From Antedon mediterranea (taxonomy: Eukaryota; Animalia; Echinodermata), in assembly GCF_964355755.1 (NCBI RefSeq), contig NC_092672.1:11656001-11720000 (forward strand): a stretch of DNA of 64,000 nt, given 5' to 3'. A program made the position numbers and the translations under genes. The notes under the pieces are model-generated. The model was given only the letters and a program-made list of their open reading frames with translations, had not been told where the DNA came from and did not search any database. Below, one piece after another: positions 51,001 through 64,000 of this stretch. Within the stretch, counting starts at the first letter, position 1. The number at the start of each line of letters is the position of its first letter.

Positions 51001-53015
51001 AACCAAACGTATGATTAATCTCTTTGTTATTATTCACCTTTTTCTAACACCTCAGAGACAAAACAATAATTAATGATTGCACTCTTTTCTAAAATCGGTG
51101 TGTTTTTCCTACAGTATAAAACAAAAAATATTCCTCTTTAAATCATAGAGTTATAAAATATTAACTCCATGTTTAAATGTCCATCTTAAAACATTGCTTC
51201 CAAATACACAATAGGCCTAGGCCTTAATTGATATAAAAGTGAAAATAGACAGAATCAATAAATGTGTTCTTACGTCCAGCTTCAAAAGAAACAAATCGTC
51301 CCTGTTGGTTAGTGGCAAATGAATACCATTCAATGGAAGATAGGGATGTGTCAGACCAATATAACATTAAGGTGTTCGGATTATAATCAAGAGCCACGGG
51401 TGTGGTCAGTTGAGCTGTCGACGGCAATGCTTCCGTAAATTGTAAGGGTGTGTTTGTAATGTTTGAAGAGAAAATTCCCCCACTTTGGTCAGTTACAAAC
51501 ATAATATCACCTGTAAAATAACAATATTATTATGAAACAACATGTTAAATAATAAGTAATTACTTTCAAAGTCGGAAAAAAAACAAAAAAAAAAACATAT
51601 GACATTCAAAATATTGAGTCTTTCTGAAAATGTATGGAGGTATTTTCTTTCTCTTCTTTCCTCTTTTAGTTTCCTAAAAACAACCGATTACTTTTATGAA
51701 AAAATGGGAGTAATAAAAACAAAGATAAATTAAAAGTTATGACTAGTAAAGCAGTAATGTAAGAGTATCTAAGAACGTAACTATGGATCTAGTCTAATAA
51801 ATATCATAGATTAACCTAAGATAATTATTCCTTTTTTAAGAAGCAGAGTAGACGTATGTTTCTAATGATCAAAGTGTGTGTTTCTACTAAACATAGCTTG
51901 TTAATATGATAAACATGTAAACAAAGTTTGTTTCTTAAATCATTATAAAGTATTTTGTGAAATAAAATGAAATTATCCTTAGAAATTTTCTGCTTACACA
52001 TTTTACACGTTTTTTTTGTATCTTTTCATTTCTCTTTTAATTACCAGATTAGAAAGGGGTACGTGTTGGAATCAAGACCGATAACAAGAAGACAAACATG
52101 ATGATCAAACAGCAGTGCGTCTGTACAAGATATAGTTGATCAAACATAATGGGACAAACAATTGTAATATGGCCATATATGGACTCGTCATATCACTTCC
52201 ATGTTTTCTATATCTACACTTTTTAGTCGCGTGAACGCGACTCTATAGCTCACTATGTCGGTCGGTCGGTCTGTCGGTCTGTCGGTCTGTCGGTCTGTCT
52301 GTCGGTCCGGTATCACTATGCGTTTTAGCATGCGAACTCTATAGTTCACTATGTCGGTCTGTCGGTCTGTCGGTCTGTCGGTCTGTCTGTCGGTCCGGTA
52401 TCACTATGCGTTTTAGCACGCGACTTATGGCTGTTGGCCTTGTTTGGTGTCAAAGCTAGTCAAATTACTGTAGAACAAACCCAACTTAACCAAGTAGGCC
52501 TACAACTTATTTTTTACCCTCGTTGTGTTAGCATGAAAATCAGCAGAAGTTTTTTCATGGAATATCAATTAATTATTTGGATTAAAGTACATAATTTAAG
52601 GTTAAAAATGTTAATGTAATAACATCAGTGATTTAACTACGTGATATATATTTGCAATATATTTCTTATCTCCAGGGCAGCCCACCATGGCGTAAAAGTA
52701 CATTGAGCTCTCTGTGACGAGGCTGTATTAAAATAATAGTAGTAATCGTATTCCCCACTTCTCTCTCGCACCGAGAGAGCAAATACCACTATTACTACGC
52801 TCAGAAAACATATTGCACCCGATTCTGTAGAAGTATCAGATCTTAACTGACTTATGAAGTAATCTAGATACAAATCCAGTGCACGGTATTGTGTACTTAT
52901 AATACGTGATACAGCTACAGAATCGGTTGACAATTACTGTTTTTAAAGACTTACCGACAACGAATCCTATGCGTAACGTTTCAAGGCACATTACAAAAAG
53001 AAGTAGGCATGCCAT
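42099..53015 (-). CDS. Secreted/surface LDLR class-B (YWTD) beta-propeller + EGF protein (compact LRP-like); 3' end uncertain
   Basis: Phase-consistent exons: 53015-52955 (signal MACLLLFVMCLETLRIGFVVG), 51510-51274 (LYWSD), 50930-50768 (LYWTS), 49591-49458 (LYWTD), 49043-48789 (MYWCD, LYWTD), 43301-43182 (EGF CDAKCFNGGTC...CECPYGYMDQTC). Last exon is either 42190-42099 (stop) or 42228-42031 (Cys-rich, continuing). Confidence 0.75.
42416..42706 (+). mobile_element. tRNA-headed Nin/Deu SINE (same family as 25540-25853)
   Basis: Near-identical to the reverse complement of 25560-25853; a further fragment lies at ~48275-48317. Confidence 0.85.
44171..44243 (+). pseudogene. tRNA-like sequence (pseudo-tRNA or SINE head)
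   Basis: A box TGGTCTAATGG, B box GGTTCGAATC, T-stem CCGGG/CTCGG, CCCT/AGGG acceptor-like ends; anticodon arm imperfect (ATC). Confidence 0.5.
44542..44998. repeat. ~140-160-bp minisatellite x3 with AAAATGGCGGCCATCTTGGA motif; resumes at ~48070
   Basis: Units begin at ~44542, 44680 and 44842. The unit sequence taagccaaaata...aaatggcggc continues after the LINE at 48070. Confidence 0.75.
45217..45932 (-). mobile_element. HINE family A copy (reverse orientation)
   Basis: Reverse complement of the 439-1286 body; variant 3' end. Confidence 0.85.
46140..46948 (+). mobile_element. HINE family A copy
   Basis: Near-identical to 439-1286. Confidence 0.85.
52220..52444 (+). mobile_element. Short internally deleted/dimeric HINE family A copy
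   Basis: Same termini (AGTCGCGTGAACGCGACT ... CACGCGACTTATGGCTGTTGGCCTTGTT) and a duplicated GTCTGTCG block, with no core. Confidence 0.8.
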
Positions 53016-53199
53016 CGTTTTACAAAATTCTGAAAAAGTATCAAAATGGTCTATTTTGACAATGTGCACCTTATTCTATCAATGAGATTATTTTCTAATT
53101 CTGTCTCTAGGTAGATCTCAACTGACTACCGGCACTCATCTGAATAAGAATATAAGTGTTCTCTACGGTTGGAATTAAAAAGAGGTATGGCCAGTGAAA

Positions 53200-56100
53200 T
53201 CAGTAAACGGGTTCATGTTAGGAAATGTAGGCCATACTTGCCTACAATCATTAACTTACAGGAAACGCACGTTAAATTATAAATAAAATGGATGAATTAA
53301 ATGCAGATTAAATGTGGAATCTACAAAATGGAGGAGGCAGAGTTATTGCATTATATTATAAAGTGAAAGGTATTGTCACCCCAACAATGTGCATCTAAAA
53401 AAACAGGTGCTCGCCTAATGTCGAAATAATGGTACTTGTGTGTACTACAATACTGAGGGAATTTTCACATGTTATGTTATTGGTAGTATACATACCAAAC
53501 AAGAAACTTGCGAAGGAAGGTCAAAGAGAACTAATCGTAGTTGTAGCAGAAATAGAAACGGCTTCCTCTAAAAATGTGAATATTGTGATGGTAATTAAAT
53601 GTAGCCATAACCAAAGAAATGCGGATAGAAACAGAGATAAGGAGCCACTTCAGATTAAAGAACAAAAGTTTAAAACTTGAAATGACAACAATATTATGGG
53701 GAAAGCATGTTGATCAATAATTTAGGAATTAAATACAAGGAGACTGCAACAAGAAGTGGTATAGGTTGAGGCTTTTTTCGGCGTCAACAAATTCATTTCT
53801 TCCAGCTGGGATTAAAAAAAAAAGAACGATGATGTAAATTATAAGATCTACAACGAATAGCTGCAATACTTTTGGTAATTTAAACAAAATTAGTAATCTA
53901 TGTTAGAGATATAAGTAAGAGAGTTTGTACGTTTGTTTGTTCGTTATACAAATGTTTGTTACTGCATGCAGCTATAGGGTATCAAAATATAAAAAAACTT
54001 GTTTCAAACTACATTTGAATATTATCCGCCATCTTGGATCCGAGTTAGCGGCCAAATGGGGTAAAAATGCCGCACGTTTCCCGACTTTAGATAAACTAAA
54101 TTTCACAAAATCGGGGGTTCGGGAGGGGGTTGGGGGTTAGGCTGGATGTATTTTTTGTGACTTCTTGTATAAACAAACAAAGCGAATTAATAATGGCAAC
54201 ATAAATTAGATTATTATCAATTTGCATATCGTTCACATAGGGGTATAGATGATGCCTTTACTACATTAATACATAACTTGCTGTTTATCTTGATTGTGCT
54301 AATACTTATGCTAGAGTTTTATTTCTAGATTTTTCATCCGCTTTTAGTACTGAAGAAAATGAATATTTTAGGTGTAAACCAGTCAATCATTTTATGGATC
54401 ACTAACTTTTTATAGGATAGAGAACTGTTTTAACGAGTGTAAATCTGAATTCCGTACTTATAATACCGGAGCGCACAAGGTCCTTTTAACCAATTTGTTT
54501 CTTTTTATACTAATGATTTTAACTGTTATAATATAGATGCCCAAAACAAAGTGTTTTACTGTAAAATACGCGGATGCTATAACCTCCTATCTTGTTGGGC
54601 TTTCAAAACATAATTCTACTCCGTTATACTTTTGAAAATGTAAATCGGTTATCATTTTAGTGTATATACTCATAACTACTTAAAAGTTAAATATCAAGCA
54701 AACAAAACAGATTATTATTGATTATAGGAAACGTGCTAAAAAACACAGTGAACTGACGATTATGAATGCTAAGGTTGAGATTGTAACGGGGGATTTATTT
54801 TAAGAGATATGTAACTGTATCAGTTTAAACAATTAAATTGTTTAAACTGATTGCAAACATTTTGTGCAATTAGCCTGGTTTTACAGCCTTGATAAACAAA
54901 ACATCACGAGAGTAGAGAAAATATGTAAGACAGCTTACATAATAATAGGAACTAAAGATAATAAGAACGCTGAATATAGAGTTAACAGTGAGTAAGAAAT
55001 TAAAAGTAATTGTGTCGGCTACACCATTACCTTGTTTAGAACAAGCTAAAGTTGTTTTGGAAATAAACGAATCAAAAATTCACAATCCACAAGCGGTTGC
55101 TACACATTTTAATAATCATTTTACCAATGTAGCAAGATATCTTGTTGATAAACTTCCACTCATGAGTAACATGTTTAACTATGGTTCCAAAATTGTAAAA
55201 GACTTTTATTCTTCAAAATTTACAACTCTTTTTAGCCTTAAACCTGTGTCAGAAGAATTCATTCTTAAACAACTTAAAAGTCTTGACCCTACGAAAAGTA
55301 CAGGTCTCGATGGGCTACCAGCTAAATTCCTTAAAGATGGCGCCGGTGTACTGGCTTCCCCTTTAACGTATTTTATCAATTTGTCAATTAATACAGGAGT
55401 TGTTCCGAGTGATTTTAAAATAGCTAAAGTCATCCCACTGTATAAAAAAAAATGTCGTAAAAATCCAGAAAACTATAGACCCATCAGCGTCTTAAGAATT
55501 CTCGAAAAGTCGTTTCATGTTCAGTTAGAACAGTACCTTGTGGAAAATGATCTTATTTATCAATATCAGTCAGGTTTTCGGCAATTTCATTCTACCGAAA
55601 GTACTTTAATTAATCTATTAGACACAATTAAATTAAATAACTCCGAAGGTACACATACTGGTATGGGACTTAGGCCTATAGATTTATGTAAGGCATTCGA
55701 CACTGTCGATCATGATATATTGTGTGAAAAGCTTTTGTTAATGGGCATCACCTCATTAGATTGGTTTCGTTCATATTTGTCAAACAGAAGCCAAATTGTT
55801 AAAATCGAAGACTCCTTATCCGTTCCCATGGATATTTCATGTGGAGTTCCACAGGGTAGCATATTGGGTCCTTTGCCTTTTTATGTTTCATAAACGATAT
55901 GGTTTTAAGTATCGACCCTGAATGCAAATTGCTGGTATATGCTGATGACAGTGCAATTGTTTTTTGGCACAAAGATCCGACTGTTGTCGCTGATAAACTT
56001 ATGTAGAGTATGGCTTGTCGATAACAAACTATCTATCAATATCAGTAAAACTGAATCTATCATCTTTTGTATCCAAAAAAGGCTTCAACGTTTACGATCT

Positions 56101-57085
56101 TTCAATATTATTTCTCATGGCCTTACTTTAACGGGTTCAAAATCAGTAAAATATTTAGGTATAGAACTTGATAGTTCTGCCTCTTGTAACACCATCGCCA
56201 AAAGTGTAATAAAAAGGGCGAATAGTAGATTAAGGTATTTATATCGTCAGGCTAGTTGCTTGGACAAAAATACGAAAAAACTGTTATGCTCTGCCTTAAT
56301 TCAATGCTTGTTTGATTATTGTGCTTCGACTTGGTATGAAGGTATTGACAAAGTTTTGAAGCAAAAAATACAGACAACTCAGAACAAATTTGTGCGTTTT
56401 ATTTACGGTTTCGGAGAGTAAAATTTCTCAGGCTTTGTATAATGTTCATAAAATTGTCAATAACAATGCAGCTCCATATCTATCTGAACATTTCTCACGG
56501 ACATCCACAATCCACACACATAACACACGCCAACGTCATGTTAATCTGGTTTTACCTCTACTTAAAGGAAATAAACAGTCTCATTCTACTTTTTTCTTCT
56601 CTGCTATCAAAGACTGGAACGCTCTCCAAACAAACTTAAAATTAATTTCCAACATAACTACTTTCAAATCACATATTAAAAAACATTTTGAACGCAATAT
56701 TTAATATTTATAATAATTTTGATAACTATATAATGGTCTTGATAATGTGCAATCTTACTCATTACTTGTTTGCTTTCTCTTTTAATTTTTCTGTTTTACT
56801 GGGCTTTAATTTTAATGTATATATATATATATATATTTTTTATAAATGTTGTATTTTCTCTTGTTTGTTATGTGCAATTTGGACCCCATTGGAAATGGGC
56901 TGGTTTTTCCTGCCTAATGGGTGTTCCTGATGCTCGTTATTTTGTCTTTTGCCTGTTTGTTATTTTAATGTTGAGCATCAAATACATTCAATCAATCAAT
57001 CAATAATTCAGGGCGTTTAGTGAATTTAAGATGGAAAACTAGAGCTAGAAACTAGTTTCTCCCTACCGCAATTATATTAGGCCAT
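53200..57085 (+). mobile_element. Old, highly degenerate Rex1-like LINE, split by the younger LINE at 55030-57003
   Basis: Remnant motifs CRPYLPTII (~53225), VVYIP (~53480), YARVLFLDFSSAF (~54307), KYADA (~54564); the C-terminus NSGR..R.KTR..N.FLPTAI resumes at 57004. Confidence 0.6.
55030..57003 (+). mobile_element. 5'-truncated CR1/L2-group (Crack-like) LINE with a frameshifted RT ORF and (CAAT)n tail
   Basis: KSTGLDG, NYRPIS, YQSGFR, DLCKAFDTVDH, GVPQGSILGP, YADD (55937), KYLG, KDWNAL across ORFs 54988-55893, 55939-56421 and 56390-56704; tail ttcaatcaatcaatcaat. Confidence 0.9.
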
Positions 57086-57194
57086 TTAAATTAAACGGTA
57101 TGATACTATACCTTTATACACACACCAATCTTGCTTGTATTTTGAACGATGTCTTTTATCTGTATTTTGATTGATGACTGATAAAATTAGATCA

Positions 57195-57697
57195 GAACAT
57201 GCCGGATGGCAACAGGCCGGTAGGTGGCAAGGGCTTTGATCACTTCTGCTGGAATTTGCGCATTACAAATTCATATTATTATTCATAAAGGGCAAAGGGC
57301 ATTAGGCCGGGCAGCAACAATCATACTGGGTAGCATCAGGCCCGGTGGGTGGCAAAGACCTAAATGGCAACTGGCCGTATGGCAACTGAGGCGGTCAGTA
57401 AGAGGCTGGGCGGCATCAGGCCGGGTGTGTGGCACGGGTCTGAAGGGCAACTGGCCGATGGCGACTGAGGTCGGTCGGTAAAAGGCTGCGTGGAATCAGG
57501 CTGGGTGTGTGACAAGGGCCTGAAGGGTAACTGGCCGTATGGCAACTGAGGCCGGTCGGTAACAGGCTTGGTGGCAAAAAACCTAATGTGTCAAAAGACC
57601 GGTTGAAAAAAGGCCAAGTGGCAAAGGTCCTGGTGGCGAAATGCTGGGTGGCTGTAGACTGTGTGGCAAAAAGTCTAGTTGGCAACGGGCCGGAATC
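57195..57697. repeat. GC-rich degenerate repeat block (~81-bp units built from TGGCAA..GGCCGG subunits), probably a non-autonomous transposon
   Basis: Units at ~57362, 57444 and 57524; abrupt GC change relative to the flanks. Confidence 0.6.
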
Positions 57698-59717
57698 TTC
57701 ATTAATTGACATTTTAAAAACCCGTAATAATTTATTTAATACGTTTCCAAGTTAGTTAAACATGTGATGAGTTTATGAATACTATATTAGATATGGAATC
57801 AACAGAACATTATTGTTTAAATATTCTAAACAAACGTACAATTTTATATATGAAATATATACTTACGTTAGATAGATTATGTTTTTAACCTTTACCAACA
57901 CGTCCTTAGAGAATTGTATTTATTGTCATTGACTTTTTTATGTGGATGGTGGATTTGATTTATTTTATTTCTGCTTCACCGAGTATATTCATATAATTTG
58001 AACTATTTCCTTGACTTTAGACAGATTGAAGGCAGATAAGATATTTTCTTTTATTTTTTTCACAATATCGGGTAAAGAAAACAAATTCTTTACAAAATAA
58101 TCCAAATTTAAAGTCACCTACGCAATTTTATAGACAATTTTGTAACAAAAAGTAAGGCGAAAAAATATAATCCATGCTGTGAATAGGCAATTTCAAGTTC
58201 TGCCTCATAGCCGACGTTTATAGATATCAAACATGAACAATTAACCTTAAACAAAAATATTTAAGTACTTAATGCCATCAAATTCTATATAAATCTTAAA
58301 TTTAAAACTTATAAGGAGGGTTCGAAAAGGGGTGGAGGTTAGGAGTCATTCGAGAAGGGGTGGGAGTTTTCTTCTATGATCTTGGCCTGGTCGAATAGAT
58401 TGTCCTATAATATAACTTCCCAGTGGCGTTATAATATTTAGATTTATTAATCTAAACCACATTTTACAATTGCAAAAATCAACACAAGGTAATTGTGATT
58501 TCATTAAGTAGAACATGTGATAACTTGAGTGTAATCATCATGCAAGCAATTATTCCGAAATTCTATATATATTTCAGTACCTGAATGATTCTTAAAACCA
58601 TTTAGCTTTAGGATTATGTAGCAAGTTTCAAGCCCACTAGTCTAATAAGCTAGTTTCTAGGCCCACACGTCTGATTATCAAGGTTCTAAGGCCCACGAAT
58701 ATAATTAAATTGAGGCTCACAAGTCTAATTAGAAAGATTATAAGCCCACGGGTCTAATTAGCAAGATTATTCACTCCGGTTTGCTTTGCAAAATGTTTGG
58801 CTCTTGAATCAACCTAAAAAAGCAACCTTTTGTGTCGAAAAAACATTAATTTGTTCTCTCTTGTGTTTTCAAAAAATCTTTGTAAATAAATAATTTTAAC
58901 ATTGCATGTACCATATATTTTTTTTAATTACCTTGTCTGTAAATACATACAATACTTCAAAAGTATCGTGAATTAAATAAAAGTATAACAGTATTTAGAA
59001 ACAGCAATACTCCTTTCGAGTTGACTTGCGATGGTCAGTTGACACTCATGTACCGACAGCTTCAGAAAAGTTACTTATAGGCCTTCTGTATTGTTAAAAA
59101 AACATATTACTCTTTGTTTAGTTTGTTTATGTTTATATTTTACAGCATGGCATCGTTTTAAAAATGAGTAGCAACTCAAATAAATAACAGTGACAGAAAT
59201 AACTTTGGCCTATAGTAAGAAGGAAGATGTATGAAATGCGTCGTCATAATAAAAAGCATAAATATCTATACATACTGCGATAACTGCCTACTATGTATGT
59301 GGGCCTACATATCTTGTCTTACATCTTTATCCATTTAATATGTTTTATTGATCTCTTTAACATCACACGAGAATTATGTTATTTACTGTTAATAATGAAA
59401 TCGATGCTAAGCCCATGTTGTGATCTTTATTACCATACTAATGTTTCAAATAAATAGTAGGCCTACTTCGCACATCAAATTATTGTAGCCGATTATATTA
59501 TTATCATTGTAAGATAATGTTTACAGACAGATGTTTAATTTATGTTTTTGTGATGAATGTGACATAGTTTCAAATTGGAAAGAGTCGTATAGAGAGTTTT
59601 GCCCTTTACATCTGCTTACTAGTTTGCACATTGCTGAACTCACATAAGCATGTGGGTATTGTTATTGCCGTAGAACATAAATTAATGTGATGCTAAATAA
59701 GAATAATTTTTAATTAA

Positions 59718-60291
59718 AGATGTATTGTCCCTAGGACTAATTAAAAAAAAAAATTTTTTTTAATATTTCGAAAAAAATGTGTGTCATTTTGAAGTATCAT
59801 AATAGTTAATAACTTTCACCAAAAATTAGTTGAAAAAAAAAAAATTTAACCAAAATACAGACGTTTTTTTGTTCAAAAAATAACTTTGACTTCCAGTCAA
59901 AGTTTTCGATCAAAACATATATCATAATGCAACACGCTTATTTGGCTACACTTATGAATAATAATAATTAATGTTATTTTATGCATAATCATAAAACTTC
60001 CTTGCGATCTGTGTGAAAACACCTTCTCAACCACGACGAGTTGTAAACAATCCTAATTAGCATCATGCATAATGCATACTCATGGTTTGAAATCTTTGTT
60101 TATTTTCGCTCATGACGATTTACCAGACGGAATGTAATCAAATTAATTTACCTGTTAATTACGTAAACTTGTTGTTTTTGCCTCGAATTTTAGACCTAAA
60201 GTGAGTAACTTTAATATTACTTTGATATGGCCAATTTAAATTTAGAATAATTTTTTTTTTCATTTTTTGTGTTTCAAGGGACAATACATCT
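59718..60291. mobile_element. TTAA-target (Kolobok-like) MITE
   Basis: Perfect 15-bp TIR AGATGTATTGTCCCT / AGGGACAATACATCT flanked by TTAA on both sides. Confidence 0.88.
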
Positions 60292-63222
60292 TTAAGTAGA
60301 TTTGCTATTTTAATATATCCCCTAATTATTCTGTAATAAAACTCACCTTACAGAGAGATTTATACAGCAATTGCTAAAGATAAGAGAAGATGGGTACACC
60401 ATGTTGCAACTCCAGATGAACTAGCAAGACCTCGAGAAAAAGATGCAAACTTAAAAAGAGATGGAGAGATAACCTTTAATAACATTAAGACATATGAGCA
60501 TTAGCTAAAGAGAAGAGTAAATAGTGAGCTTTTGATGAGGGAATGCCCTGCAGTGGATTGCTAAATCATGATGGAGAAGGAGAAGATGAAGAAGAAAATA
60601 CAATCACTTTAATCGTTAAAACATTTCCATTGTGATCAAAATAATCTACAATTAAACCCAGTGTGTCATGCTATCCACCGAACAAACAATATCAATTCAA
60701 TTTATTTATTGTGGTGTTACTGTATTAGGCCTATTAATCTTTAATTTATAATGTCTAAAAAGGAATTTTCTTAAATAATAATATTATTAAAAAAGGAACC
60801 CATAAAGGAACCCCACTAATAGCTCTAGTTGTTATCAATCAATCAATATCAATATCAATATCAATCAATATCAAATTCTTTCAAATGGTATACAATAGAA
60901 AACAAGACCACTTAAAATTAAATATTTTCATTTGTTTGAATATTTACAATTCGTTGCAATATTCGTTTTCTCATTAAAACGTTATTCCAGTAAACGTATA
61001 TAGATATAACGTTTTTGTAATGAAATACAGTATCAAAATACAGTAATACAGTTTTGCACACAACCTTATGGAGTGAGATTTTCACACAACCCATTGTACT
61101 GAATTATACCAAACGGTATGTGTTTATAAACCAGGAGATAGGTGGGGTTGATAGATTATGCGGGCCTACTGGAAAAACTGCAAATATGGTGACTCGGATA
61201 TTGGTCGCAAAATTCCTAACGAAAATGTCCAGTTATTCATATTATTATTACTATGCAGTATTAATATCATTAATATAGTTATAATATCTTGTTAGTATTG
61301 TTGTTATATCTAAATTTATATTAATTTTATGTTATAAATAATAATTTCTTCAATCTAACAAAGGACTAATGGGTAGATTAATTAGTTTTGCAGATTGTGA
61401 TGGTGATAGATATATCGTATTACAATAGCAATCAAACACGGACATATTATGCTTAAGTTATTTCATTAGGCTGTAGTAATGAGTCTAAATATCATCATGG
61501 CTTTTGGAATAATAATGAAACTCCTTTGTAATAATATGTATTACTTTCTATCGCGCATAACGCAAAAAATAGATTGCTGCTATTAGTGTGATCAATATTA
61601 TGATAAATTATACATTAAATGCTAGAAAGCAATTTAACTAAATGTATTAAATTCTTGTATGTAATGGTTTCAAAATACAATTGATAGATTATGAATTTTC
61701 AAGCAATTATAGAGAATTGGATTCCACCTTACGATAAATGTTATTGCGATTCGTGTAAATGTGTTTTGATTATCTCCATTTACATTGTTCTATTAAACTC
61801 GTTGCCTACATTATTCTATGCATTTCATGTTTAAATTTAAACAGTCTCCACGGACGTTCAATATTATATATTCAGTATGCAGTTTCTGTTATTGTAGAGC
61901 TTTCGTTTTATTTTATGTATTTAAAATCCATTCACTATATTTGATTAATCCCTTTTGAATTTATAATACGACAATGTACGCTGGCAAATAAATTATTTCA
62001 TTTTTTCCGTGCAAGGGTTATATTTTATGGCAATATAAATAAGGATACTTTTAAGGGTATTACGCTTGTCAGAGAGTATTGCGTTCCGATGTTCGGTAAA
62101 TGACTTTCGGTAAACGGCGCACGATTCATCACTAAATGTACTTGATGTCTTGCATACAGATATTGCAAGGACTTTGTTTCATGACACTATATATTGCCAC
62201 TGTTAAATTAATATTGCTATTTTAATATTCGATTATTGTTTTGTTATAATAATACTAATTTATAATAACACGAACACAGATTAATTGTAAAATCTCTAAT
62301 AGTTATAGTAAAGATTATTGATGACTGTGAATATAATTGTAAAACAAAATGAAATTAAATAAAAATAAGATTCCATTATCATCTTGTTAATTATAGGTAT
62401 GTTGTTAAGTTGTCATCAACATATTTCACATCAATAATTCGAGAAAAAAAAAACAAACAAAAACAGAAAACCCTCCTTATCAATCAATCAATCAATCACG
62501 CCTCCACCCTATTTTATCTACAACCTTAAGTACTATATCAATTCCCACATTTCTTCCGAATTACTTGAGTATGCATAATTATTGTTTATGTTTTTTTTTT
62601 CTATTTGTTCAAATAGTCAACAAGAAAGCAATCATAAAAGAGTTGCAATCTCAGCCAGGAGTAAAAAGAGAAAAAGAACCAAGAATCGTCTTGTAGTTTT
62701 CACGTACGTACGTAATTAGTAAAAATAATAAAAAAGAGTGGTCCCGAATTGGGATTGGGATTGAATGAAGTCTTCCGTGACCACATATATATAGTGGTTT
62801 AAATGTGGTAAAGATCCGTCTTGTAGTTTTAACGTACGGCCGAAGTAAAATAATAAAAAGTGGCCCAGAATTGGGATCCTGGTCCGGATTGCCTCCAAAA
62901 AGTAATAGTGTTGTCCGTGACCATATATCTATTTCTGGTCTTAATTTGGAAATGATCTGGCAATACCTTTTTGAGTAATCTTTCTAACTAACAGATATAG
63001 AAAGAGAGAAACCACCGACTAACGTCATGCCGATGGCTACTATTAAATTAAACTGACTTCTGGTTGCATCAATCTTAGTCTTCGATCGACTCGAGAGCGG
63101 CTAACCGCTCGTGATCGGTCAGACATTGTGAGGAGTCTTTGATGTTAGGCGTAGCATTGAAACCATGATAAATTATTTGCAAGTGATATAAAGCAATGAG
63201 GGGTTTAAAAAAAAACCAGGCA

Positions 63223-63225
<3 letters not shown>

Positions 63226-63299
<74 letters not shown>
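63226..63299. repeat. (TA)n microsatellite
   Basis: Pure TA run. Confidence 0.95.
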
Positions 63300-63306
<7 letters not shown>

Positions 63307-63450
63307 TGCGGCCAGCTACATGCTGGTCGTACGAAACAAATTTGTAGTGATTAAAACAATGAAGTAACCAAGTTTTCTGCTGTTATTTTATTTATTTATG
63401 CTCTACCTTGGTATTGAGCACTCTATCCAAACGGTCTGAAAATCTCAACC

Positions 63451-63551
<101 letters not shown>

Positions 63552-64000
63552 ATTGGTTAGAATGATAATGGTGCCTAATATGTAAATCTCTTTCTCTGTT
63601 AAATTCCATTTTGTGAAAGTCCCAACGGTACACTTGAATTGGCGAGATTACCGTTTGACAATAATCCGTATTGATCATATTTAGTTTAATGTCAAGCTTC
63701 GTTTGTTTCAAAACTTAACGCATGGCTGCTTCTATTAAAGTTTGAATTATAACTTATTTGCTATTACAGAACGATAATATTAATAAAATACGTTTGCATC
63801 TCTATATTGATTTATGCTTTAATTAAAGACGATTATTTAGTAGTATTAGCCATATTGTATAAAATCATTGCTATTTTTTATCTGAAAAGTATTATAGCCT
63901 ACAACAATAATTGCTATTAAATTTCCATTCAATACTGTTTGCAACATTCAAATAATTATTTATAGTAGTCATGATTGGTATCACATTTTCTTAGTATCTA

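Noticed and set aside
52043-52118. Extra exon of the YWTD gene (hydrophobic stretch with AG/GT borders)
   Set aside because: Phase incompatible with the flanking phase-1 introns; the hydrophobic frame contains a stop.
60345-60600. RTE-like LINE 3' remnants
   Set aside because: Only a faint A.D...W motif and GAA-rich tail; too degraded to call.

Overview
AT-rich eukaryotic genomic DNA with spliceosomal introns, probably from a marine invertebrate deuterostome (inferred from the Nin/Deu-core SINEs and repeat families; not certain). Three gene regions can be read. (1) 1-14.1 kb: a tandem array of intronless genes, each encoding signal peptide + one Ig V-like domain + Ser/Thr mucin stalk + GPI-type hydrophobic tail. 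There are two intact copies, one frameshifted copy, one 5' remnant, and the 3' flank of a further copy at the window start. Paralogues are nearly identical except for a sharply bounded ~200-bp block covering the C-to-G strands of the Ig domain (~26% nucleotide divergence by hand count). (2) 22.7-34.9 kb, minus strand: a 7-exon FHA + PHD gene resembling TCF19, an MHC framework gene in jawed vertebrates, ~8.8 kb from the Ig array. (3) 42-53 kb, minus strand: a compact signal peptide + YWTD propeller + EGF gene with an uncertain 3' end. The rest is dense, often nested transposon debris: Helentron/DINE-like HINEs, a Helitron, TTAA (Kolobok-like) elements, hAT and foldback MITEs, tRNA- and 5S-headed Nin/Deu SINEs, Rex1-like and CR1/L2-like LINEs, and micro/minisatellites. 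The best candidate for an undescribed system is the cassette-diversified GPI-anchored IgV receptor array linked to TCF19. All alignments and counts were done by eye.
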